A stretch of 58,860 nt of DNA, the filler included, from Sphacelaria rigidula (taxonomy: Eukaryota): assembly GCA_964200075.2 (NCBI GenBank). It is 3 parts of 3 records of this genome, joined end to end, with 100 filler letters (N's around TTAATTAATTAA, not from the genome) between each part and the next. Parts side by side here need not be neighbours in the genome. Positions count along the whole stretch, not along the records: positions 39,315 to 58,860 come from CAXNAA020000648.1; 2 more parts are not named here. The stretch is one strand, 5' to 3'. Position numbers and translations under genes: made by a program. The first letter of the stretch is position 1. Every line of letters begins with the position of its first letter. Positions 48,520 to 58,860 of the stretch are shown here, piece by piece. The notes below the pieces were generated by a model. The model ran no database searches and was not told where the DNA came from. It saw nothing but the letters and a program-made list of their open reading frames with translations.

Positions 48520-50165
48520 TGATACAACAATAAGGTTGCCTCAACACAGATACCCCGGCCATCATCCATGCGTAGCTAGGCTTGCTATTGTATGCATGGG
48601 CACTTGTCTCACGATTTTGGCGGTGCAGCAGTACACATGTATATGCATAGAAGCTGTAGTGCGGTGCGACGGTTGATTGTCCCACAGCACATTGTCGATT
48701 GGGTGGAGAAGTCGGTCGATTCCCTCACCTTGATATCAATCTAGCGTTCTTGCTAAGTCTCGGGAGTACAATTGTCGCATGTAGCCCTCTGTGTCCTGCT
48801 GATAATGCATGCATCCAAGAGCTGCCAGCTGGCTGGCTTGGGTGTATGCGATCTGATGATGCGACCTGTAAAGATGTTTAATTCAGTATGTACGCAGGGG
48901 ATAAAAATCAGCGGACCGCGCGGACAAGTATTTTTGAGGTTTAGCCAAGGACAAGTATTTTTGAGGTTTAGCCAGCGCATCAAACGGCACAAGTAACCAA
49001 GATCGCTGCACGGACACTACATTGCGTCGCCTTGCTTCCCCACTCACACTTTTTGTTGATCAGGGGCGAAGAAGCGACGACTGCAACACTCCACGGAACA
49101 TCCACGCACTCGCATCTTGCGCGCTGCTGCCAAAACAAAAGTCTCAACTCGAAATTTATAGAAATCTCACCATCTTGGGCGCTTGGTTCAGACGGTGCGG
49201 TAGTAACAAGTACCATCGGTTCCCTTGTCCCTTGTCAAGTCAGGAGGTATACCTTGTGGTAGGTGTACACACAGTCACCAACGAAGACCTGTTTTTGTTC
49301 ACAGCGACAGAACAAACATGAGTCGTGCAAGCACTCGCCAGCAGAGGCAGGTGAAGCTCTTGTCATCCGACGGGTGGAACTTCGGGGAACTCGACATGCG
49401 GCAGGTGTGCACGGGAGTGTTTCTTTTTCTTTGCAATGCGCTCGTTCAACATCAGGGCGGGCGGTTCGAAAGCAGCCTGGGATAGATGGGCAGCGAGTGC
49501 GTCAGCGCACAGTAGAAATGTCAATTGTGCCCGTCAAGCGGATACACCAGTACAACAGGTTCAACATGATGGTAGTATGATCTGCGAGGACAAAGCTGCC
49601 TTGCAGACGGCCGCCGCGACGGAGCCCTCAGCGGATCCATACGTGTTCGTGTAGCAGTATCTTAGTGGGATGGGAGATCGAGGGATCGGGGGGCCGGGGG
49701 GGCGGGTGACCGACATCAACGGTTTCACGATTTTTTTTTCAGAGCAGCACTTGACTTTTGTTGACGGTCACGAAGATCGCTCGGACAACTTGCCAACCGC
49801 ACTTTCTGCACACACACACATATATATATATATATAAATCATCACAATGAATGGTGGAGTGTATCTGTACGACGTATCAACCCCAGCCCGCGCGTATATT
49901 TTGCTCTCTTTTCTTGTGTGGACCATCGTTTCCATGCACGCGTAGGTTGGCACCCACCGCCAGCTCCAGAAGCAACAGCATAGAGAACTACGCCCAAGGC
50001 CGCGCAAAACGCCGACGGTTACAAAGAAAAAACGGGGAGGAGCCACATGCAAGCGCGGTGGCAACAGCCGGCAACAGCTCAAAAAGGGGTCCGCTCCAAA
50101 CAACCTCCAGACCACGGCCCACGCACGTCGAGCAACTACAGTTGCTCCCACCACTGAAAGGATGA
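48520..50165 (+). pseudogene. Decayed intron-containing MULE (Mutator)-like transposase
   Basis: Ordered degenerate motifs LNTDT...CMGT, MRSDDA, CFP(H), SWIM-like HTCSC (49638-49652), then QGRAKR; short GT-AG introns are plausible. Confidence 0.45.
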
Positions 50166-50890
50166 CTCGCTTTTCGGCTCGCCGCACAGAAATCACTGGT
50201 GCACCGGGCCGCTCCGCCGATGAGAGCCGCGGAAACATCGACAAGTCCACGGTAGACACAGCGCCAAGCGTGTGCCGCAGCCAACAACCAGCCCTCCGAC
50301 CGAGCCACAACCGAGTGGCGGCAGCTGGCAGGAGAGTGCCTGCCGCCCCCAGGCGCCGCAACCCCTTCGCAGCAGCCATGAAGCCACCCACTGCAAACAG
50401 AACCTCATCGCCGCGTCAGCCCGCTACTGCCCTTCAAAGGCTGAGGCGGGTGATTCCCTTCGCGAGACGCACCAACCCGCGAGTGAACTCGCAAGCCTGT
50501 GAGCCGGACGCCGTCAACACTACAGACGGGGCACTTTTCTCTCCTGCATCACTCGTGACCACACCGGCGAGGTTTATCCGCGGTGTGGTGGGTACTTCGG
50601 TGCAGTCTCTACGCACAGCGCTGTTCGGCGAGGAAAAACAAGAGGAGGTCGGCGGCGGCGGTGACATGAGGGGGGGCACCAACAGCAGTGACGCGGGGTT
50701 GGGCGAGGGTGGTGGTGAGGGTGGTGGCGAGGGTGACGGAGGCTCAGTTGCAGAGGGTGGGGCGAGGAGCGGCGAGGCGGAGCGGAGGGACAATCCAGAG
50801 GCGGCGATGGTGCGGCGCGCACGGAGGCGGCCTAACTAGCGATAGCCGGTGGATGGATATATCATGGTGCGAGGGGATAACAACACAGGG

Positions 50891-51143
50891 ATGACGGGGT
50901 GGCAGGGAGGAGGGGGGCATCATCGCTCGTCTGACAGCCGTGGATGGGGGTATGGAGTAGGGCTGAGCAGGGTGAGGGGTTCTCGAAGATGGCGGTGGGC
51001 TGGAGGAGGGATGGATAGATGATGGGGTGGCAGGAAGGAAGGGTATTACTTGTCTGGCAGTTGTGGATGGGGGTGCCGAGTGGGGCTGAGCAGGGTGACG
51101 GGTTTTCGAAGATGGTGGTGGGCTGGAGGAGGGATGGATTGAT
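50891..51143. repeat. G-rich ~125-bp tandem repeat, two copies
   Basis: gggctgagcagggtga...tcgaagatgg...gggctggaggagggatgga occurs twice. Confidence 0.85.
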
Positions 51144-53544
51144 GCGACAACCGTGTATGAGACAACTGAGTAGACACAAGGTGGGGAAAGGCGGGGTGAG
51201 GAGAATCGGCGGCATTGGGTTGACTTGATCACGACAGTGGGGAAGGGCAGGGCTGTGCGTGAGGAGGGTGCGTGCTCCTCGTGGTTGTGTACGAACTACG
51301 CTGGCAGTTTTTACGCATAGCGATGTTCGGCGATAAGGGAGGGGTGGAGATATAGGTAGAGGCGGCGATAGGAGAGAGCCGGCATTAGGCAGGGATGGAC
51401 CGTGAGCTGACGAAACGGCCGTAGACTCACGATAGGGAGCGGGGTGGAAAGCGGTGATGAGAGCGGGGCAGGGAGCCGGCGGATGGGTGAGGAGGGGCGG
51501 AAAAGGTGTGGCGACCTCAGGACAACGGGCCGGGAGGCAGGGCACCGTTTAGATGGTAGTCCTGCAGGAGGGCAATGAGTGTGGCCGAGCGGGGCAAGGG
51601 AGATTCGAAGATGGCGGCGTGGTGAAGGAGGACCACCGATTCGATATGTGTGTGGGTGAGACGGACAGAGATACGAATAGTCAAGATAGGGAGATGATGG
51701 TTGTGGTAGATGGGGTCGGGAGAAATGCGTTGGCTTGATCAAGGCAATGCAAAGAAGCAAACCGTGTGGGGGTGGGCTGCGCACATTTCAGTTTTGTAGA
51801 CCTGTGCGCGTCACGTGATCGATGTATTTTGAGTCAGCGATACTTCGAGTTGATGGCGGAGTTGTGGAGGTATCGGCATAACAGTGGAGTTTGCTGTATA
51901 TGAGGAGTTCATTTCCAGTCTGTGAACATATTCATTTCATTGGACGGTACTCGTGCTTGTCGTTGGTGATTGTCCACGTGTGTTTGGTGTCTGCTTTTGG
52001 GGTTGAAGTGGGGCGTGGCCTCGTTGTTGCTTCTTTTGCTGGTGAAATCGGTGACTCGACCCAGCGAGCGAGCACCAGGTGACACGTGTTGTAGGAAGTC
52101 AGCACAGACAGGAGAGCATGAGCATGCACACATGTAAATGTGTGTGTTGCGAATCGGGTGCTAGCAATGACAGAAGAGATCAATCGCTAAATCACATGAT
52201 TTGGGGTTGTTGAAACTAACGATCACCGCATTTTGAGCGCCGTCAGGTTTGGTCTCGAATTTTGCTTTGGCAGCGCTGTCGAAGCGAGATGGCCACAACC
52301 TTGAATCAACCAACATACTTTTAGAACGATATTCATTACCATATCCAGGGTAACACAAACCGGGGCCTGTGATGCAGTGGGGTGCGCAGTTTGCCTCGAC
52401 ACATACCGACACACATACAGATATGTGATGTGTTCCCCGAGTTTGTTTGTTTTCGGTGGTGTTTGTTCAATCCAAAGCAAGTCTACTAGTACACACGCTG
52501 GGTGCATACAAATACTGGAGTGGTGATGGTGCACCTCGCCAGCATTCAACATCACACATCGCCTGCTCAACGCGACGTGCAAACAATTGCTAGAAACTGT
52601 CGTCACATGCATCCAACATACTATGCACATTTCGAGAGTTCGCCACCTCGTCTCGACAGCTACACCACGTGCCACAGGCCAGAGCGATGCGGTTTTGGAA
52701 AGGTTCCGGTAGAGAGGTGTTCGAGGGCATGCCTCCCATGATCAGCCCTATCGCATTTATCCAGAGATGGCTGTATTCGACCTGGTGTAACATCCACACC
52801 CGGATCGGATGGACCGATGAGCCTCTCAGGTACCTACTTCTTCTTCCGCTGTCAGTTCAGTCAGATCGACGCTGACCGAGCAATGTTGAGATTTTACAAT
52901 CTCGTGCATCTTCGCACTACAACATCATAGACAGCCGTCAAAGACGTCACACAGGCGCGTCGGAAAAACAGAAACGCCGTACGCCACCTGACAACGGAAA
53001 CACAAGAGGCATGCAGTATACTTCCTCCGACCCATTCTGTGAGTGAAGTCACTGATGGGGCGCAGATCGTATTTACCCAACGGAAGTGCCTCCGATACTA
53101 TAGATGGGCCCATTGAAAATAAGCACCCACAAATATGCTCAAGACAGGAAGAAAAATCAGTGTCATGGAGCTGAGAGTTTTCAGGACGAAATTGTCCATA
53201 TTTTGGATTTGGAATTTTTCTAGATCTGTTTCAGACTTGTCCGCTTTTTCAAAAAAGATATTCGACGTTCAATTGCCACTCATTATGCTTGAGATAGCGG
53301 GGGCCGCCCCGCCGGGCAACTCAAGGTTTCCAAAGGGCATTCTAGATCCACTCACCGAGCAGTACCGTGTTGGTTCTGGGTACCCGGCAAAACTATGGAA
53401 CACCTGCAATGCTCAGGGAGACGACATCGAGGAGCTCGACCTCTCGAGCAGGATCGGCGTGGGTGGCCGTCGCTTCTTCCTTCAACAAAAGCCCGCTGTG
53501 CTGCGGACGGTCAACAAACAGAATCGATTGTTTTCGTGAGGTCC

Positions 53545-53882
53545 CTCCCTCCCCCCACCTTTCCCATGGTGAGACACCCATGAAGCAGTGTATAAGTCGT
53601 GGCTGTCTCTGGAAGTGGCGATACCAGAAAATAAAGAAACTCATTGCAGGCTGCCATCCAAATACAAGATAATCAGTAGGCTTCGGGCCGAATAATATTA
53701 GCAGGATGCACCTCACCCTTCATGCGACTCGCTCACACATGACCGTTCTTCGCGCTTGGTGACCGATTGCGAGTCTGGTGCGGCGAAAACTTGGCGTGCT
53801 CCACCCCGGCTTTGTAGGGATGCGAGGCTAATGGTCATATGGCTATGGCATGCAAGGTCATGACTACACCATCCCTCCCCCG
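53545..53882 (+). repeat. Fullest copy of the dispersed repeat, bounded by C-rich tracts
   Basis: Matches 39030-39214 and, inverted, 39460-39655. Confidence 0.85.
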
Positions 53883-55072
53883 GGTAAGGGGCGAAAAACT
53901 ACCGTCACCGTAGCTATTTGGTGCGGCGTGTGCCCGTTGACCTTGGGTACGACCACCAACCGTTGTACCTGTCGAACAGTGTCCCAGTCACATCGACCGG
54001 CCTAAAGCCAAAACCATCTTGCTCCTATCTGCTGTACTGAACTTGTTCACGTCGAACAACGATCTAGATACACTGGATCTGAAGCAAAGAACACGCCTTG
54101 CTCCTTTTTCACCGTCAAGACCAAACGAAAAATGACGACGTGCGCGAGACACGTGCCGTCGTCCTGCACTCGCGTCACCAAGAAACAAAGACAGCTATCG
54201 CGACCACACGGTCGAACAAAATAGTAGGTACACAGATGACGTTGATAGATAATGACACGGCACACGTGGACGCGATCATGCAGCAGCTGTTTCAAAGCGT
54301 TGTTCATTAAAGGGTAAGCCGCTGTGCGGCAAGGGCGTCGTTGCCCCTTTTCTCGTCCTTTCCCTGTGCATTTTGAGACAACAGCAACAGTATATGAACC
54401 CGCTCACGTGAAATTACGCCTGTCAGAACCACCTGCATTGCACAAATACCGCAAATGTCTTCGCGTCAGATACATCTTCGAAAGTCCCGGGCTGGGGGCG
54501 GGTTAGTGGCCGACAGCAACAATCAGATATATGGACATGGGTATACACTGCAGCAGCAACTAGCCACAAGCGCCGAAGGATAATACGCGAAAGTCATAAC
54601 AGTTCAAATACTCTTACTATTTTTGCTCAATCACACATACCAAGCCCTCCCAACCATCTGCCCATCCGCGTATCGGAAACATCCGAGAGCGCGTGGAAGG
54701 TGTATTGAGACATGTCCCACGAAGTTAATAACGCGACGAAAACGGCATCGGTTGAATTGAAGATGCATTCAAAGGCTATCCTCACTTCTGAAACACACGT
54801 GGACCTGAACAACAACACCTCCAAGCGTCCGAACTCGACACAGCCGCATCATGTAAACAAGGGACCAAATGTCCACAGGTTGCCCATGCTCCATCAATTT
54901 GTAGCCAATCCTGGCGTCGTTCCTCCAGCTCCTTGTTTCACTGGTGAGCTCAATCCAGTTCCGATTGAGCTCAGCCCAACGCCGTCAGAGCCTGAAACCA
55001 CTGACAAAACAGAGGATACTCAGGCAGGACGGGTGCAGCCCCCGAGCGAGGCGGTCACATGCACCAGATATG

Positions 55073-55288
55073 GTTGATTGATTGATTCGATTGATTTTGA
55101 CTGTCGCGCTTTAACTGACCCCTCAGGGATCCAGCCGTGGTCGCATGATCGACGTACCCGAGACAAAGCAAAATTGAAACACTCGCTTAAGAAAATAGGA
55201 GAAACAGAAGAGGTAGAACAGAACAACAGAGTAGAGTACGACATAAATGAAAATAAATAAATGAAAAGAAAAGAAAAGAAAAGAAAAT
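55073..55288 (-). mobile_element. Retroposon 3' end with (AATC)n tail
   Basis: Reverse-complement homolog of 16610-16746. Confidence 0.75.
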
Positions 55289-55879
55289 GACCGGCCTCTG
55301 CCACATGGCTTCGGCGGAAAATAATATGTACCTCTAAAATGGCGGTCACCGAGAGGTGACCACCCCATGGCCCCAGGGTCATGCACTTGGAGAACACGGA
55401 AGTCCCCATGAACGCAGTCAGTCAGGTAAGAGGACTCATATATAGTATCTCAGGCACCAAACGCCCCCCACCTCCCACCTCTGGCTGTTGCACCGTCTCC
55501 ACCGGAGCAAAACAGTATTTTTCGTCTAATCGGTTGTTCAAGTTCTACCACTACTGAGGGACACGATAATGCGAGAGCGTATGAATACTTTTCGGAATCG
55601 AATTCGCCCCGCACATTCTTTCCCCCTCCCCGCTCCCTCCCCTCACCTCTAGACTGTTGGGTTGGCGTCGGGTGGCAACGACGCTTTAAAACAAGCCACC
55701 AAAAACTAAACATGAAATGTTGTAACCGTACATATACCAGGGACCGCCACTGGACAAAGAAAATCCCGGACAGACGCAACAGAAATGCAAAAACCCAAGT
55801 GACCCAATTTATTTCCCCCCAGAAACACACAAGGTGGATATAGACGTGATATACCAAAGCTTTTTTTTCACCGATAGTA

Positions 55880-56480
55880 TATCACAGCCCGGACATGAGC
55901 ATGGAAAAGGGAAAATGAACATCCTTCCTTAAACCTACCATAACACAGCCCGGACACGAACACGAAATAACGAAGCAAACCTTTCTTTTTATTTAACCTA
56001 CCATAACACAGCCCAGACATAGACATGGCATAGAGGGGCTAATCATCCTTTTCTTGAACCTGCCATAACACAGCCCCGACATAGACATGTAATGAAGAAA
56101 CTAACTCTCTTTTTTCTTCAACCTACCATTGCACAGCCCGGACATAGACATGAAATAGAGAAGCTAACCCTTCTTTTCATTTAACCTACCATAACACAGC
56201 CCAGACATAGATATGAAATAGAGAAGCTAACCCTTCTTTTTCTTGAACCTGCCACAGCACATTCCGAACATGGACATGAAATAGAGAAGCTAACCCTTCT
56301 TTTTATTTAACCTGCCACAGCACATTCCGAACATAGACATGAAATAGAGAAGCTAACCCTTCTTTTTATTAAGCATACCATAACACAGCCCAGACATAGA
56401 CATAAAATAGAGAAGCGAACCACCCTTTTTCTTTCACCTACCATAGCACAGCCCTGATATAGACGTGGCATAGCGAAAAA
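55880..56480. repeat. ~63-bp minisatellite, about 10 copies
   Basis: Unit AACCTACCATAACACAGCCCAGACATAGACATGAAATAGAGAAGCTAACCCTTCTTTTTATTT. Confidence 0.95.
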
Positions 56481-57576
56481 AAACGTGAAGCACTTTCCCA
56501 TATCAAGACGTGAAATAACCGAGATTGTTCCCCCCATATCATAGCAACGGTAAGACAATAATAAACCAAAACCCAGACAAGTAAGTAATGGCGTGAAGGT
56601 TGTCCACCTTACATGCCAATCGCGGATGCACAATACACAACAAGTACGGATAGGGTAGGGTCATCACCCCCTCCATGTTCAATTCACATGGAAGTTGGGG
56701 TCTCGTGGTGAGATACCCGTACAGCCTCACCGGTTTCCATTGGGAGGTGGAAATCTGATCAGCCATTTTCCTGAAATTCCCGACATTAGGTGTAAAAGGC
56801 GCCTAATGAAGGGAAGAGGTGGATAATGCGGACCTACTTTACTAATGAAACAAGGACCTCACCGATGACCGACCACATAACCTACGAGAAGGAGCACCAA
56901 GCGGTACATAGACTTCTTGAAATCTTGAAGGTTAGAAGCTGGTACAGAGTGTGGGGGAATCGTTGGCCAAGCTTTCGGCAGCGAAGGTCTACTCGGAAGC
57001 ATCAATGGAGTAGCGACCCATGGTGAACCGTACACGGAGTTGGAAAAATGATATACTTTTCATCTTGATGTGAGTGAGGCCTTGTGTTATGCAAGCCGTC
57101 CTTGAACCTTACACGGTGAAAATGACCTCCCTGGAGGGAAGTGATCAGTACAGCAGCGGGGGGAAAGTAGAGAAGATACGATCATGGGACACCTGGATGA
57201 TTTACCATGAAGATCGCCAGGCACAGACATGGGGTACTTGTGTCAAAGTTGTTGAACTTGGCTTCAGGCTACGAGCCTATGTTGGAGGCATTATTTAGTG
57301 TCGGTGAGCCAGCAAAAGGACTAAAAGGCACCAGACCCCCAACAAGTACTAGGATTAGGATGTACCAGTACGCCGACTACATCTCACCAGTACAATTGAA
57401 GCGAACAAGCTGGAGGTTCTCTCGGAGGAGATCGAGAGAGAGACGGTAAGGAAGGGCGAATGGAGAAGTAACGAGTGGTCGGGTAAAGTACTACTAGTCG
57501 TGCTAGTTTTCGGAGTTCACAGCGGTACGACAAGAAAAGAGTTAAAAAAAAATGCGATGAAGTTGCACTATACTGT

Positions 57577-58860
57577 TTGGAAAGAGGAAAAGTAGAAAAG
57601 GAGGGAGAACATTTCCAAGTCACGCTGAAACAGAGCGCGAGCAAGGAGTGGGAAAGGATAGAGACAAGTAAGGTGTCGGCATGGGTTAGAAGAACAGGGT
57701 GGAGAGTATGCATAGCTAATGGAACAACAAGCCTAGCATGTAGTCCACGGGTAAACGGAGGGAGAGAAAGGCAGGAACAGGTAAGTGTCCGGAAGGGAAA
57801 GGGGAGGGGACATAACGGCCCGAAGCAAATAGACAAAGACCAATGCAGAAACGGGAAGAATAATCAAGCGGGGGAAAGTAGAAGTAAAAGCGGCGGAGAG
57901 AGAACAGTAGACAACACGAGAGCATATAATGATTCGGAAAGGAAGTCAAGAATAGGATCGTGGAGCGTGTGTGGATTCGTCACAGACGACCGCAAAAAAA
58001 GAGAGATAGCACAACAAGTGAGTAAATACGACCTGGATATAGTAGGAATCCAAGAGGTATGGGAGAAAGAGGGGGCGGAGATAGGATGCAAAGTTGAAGA
58101 GTACGCATGGATCGGGAAGAAGCGAAAGGGACAGAAGTCCAAGAGCAGGGGAGCGGGGGGAGTAGAATTCTTAGTCAAGGGATATCTGTGTGGCATTATA
58201 GAAGTGATCGACGACACGAAATTCGACGAGAGCATATTATGGCTAAGGGTACCAGGAGAGCGGGAGGGCTTCTTCGTAGGGAACATCTACATGCTCCCAG
58301 AATCGAAGAGGAGGGTGAACGATACACAACGGAGGTTTGGAGAGATAGCAGCAGATGGGCATAAGTACAAAAGGTAAGGAGAAGTAATGTCAGTGGGAGA
58401 TTTGAATGCAAGAGTAGAAAGAGCATTGGGCAACACGGGGAAGGTAAGGAGAACACGAAATGGGTAGAAATGCTCAAGCGCCTCGAGCATAACGAGATGA
58501 AGACGCTGAACGATAGAGCACAAAAGCCAGAGACGCGATGGACATGGACCAGGATATGCAAAGGCGAGATGGAACGTTCCGTTCTTGACTATATAATGGT
58601 AGAGCATGAAAATAGTGAAGAAATGGAAGTACGTGTATGCGCGGAGGACGTGGGAACCACAGATCATTGCCCGGTATGGACAGAAAGCCAATAGACGAGA
58701 GCTAAAAGAAATAGGCGAGGTAGGAAGTTATACTGTACAAATGAAGAATCGATAAACTAGATATGGAAGAAAAACGGTAAGAGTTCCAAGAAATGAAGAT
58801 TTGGATGGCGGGAGGAAAAAAATGTGGGCAGGGATGAAAGGGATAACGAGAAACCAGGCA
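57577..58860 (+). pseudogene. LINE 5' region with apurinic-like (APE/EEP) endonuclease, disrupted and cut by the window end
   Basis: RIGSWSVCG, DIVGIQEVW, GAGGVEFLV, VGNIYM, VGDLNARV, SVLDYIMV, TDHCPVW; stop at 58375-58377 and frameshifts. Confidence 0.9.

Noticed and set aside
50744..51784. Pro-rich minus-strand ORFs
   Set aside because: They are products of G-rich tandem and low-complexity repeats.
54600..55072. Copia post-integrase (SH3-like) fragment, SESAWKVY
   Set aside because: A single weak motif is not enough to call.
55880..56480. CRISPR-like array
   Set aside because: The whole unit repeats, there are no unique spacers and no cas genes, and the context is eukaryotic.

Overview
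Eukaryotic, transposon-rich DNA. A brown alga or other stramenopile is my inference, from long GT-AG introns and the mix of chromoviral Gypsy, Copia, DIRS/Ngaro, RTE-type LINE, Helitron, MULE and MITEs. The window is not one locus. Two artificial 100-bp spacers (44N-TTAATTAATTAA-44N) join three pieces of 19,559, 19,555 and 19,546 bp, which look like size-sorted unplaced contigs. Piece 1 holds a chromodomain Gypsy element (260-bp LTRs, ATGC target duplication) and a neighbouring Copia element, both missing most of RT/RNase H. It also holds LINE and DIRS-like relics, MITEs, and a LINE RT fragment boxed by inverted repeats. Piece 2 holds the only convincing host gene: six minus-strand coding exons (280 aa, 3' end beyond the contig edge) of a Bfr1/PPI-like coiled-coil protein, with all introns in phase 0 and a ~3-kb intronic quasi-palindrome. 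Piece 3 holds a spliced Helitron N-terminal relic, a foldback hairpin element, a decayed MULE transposase, a 63-bp minisatellite and the endonuclease end of a LINE. I found no CRISPR array, rRNA or intact tRNA, and no new biological system that I can support. The best leads are the RT-less LTR elements with in-frame deletions, the boxed RT cassette and the intronic palindrome. All alignments and identities were made by eye.
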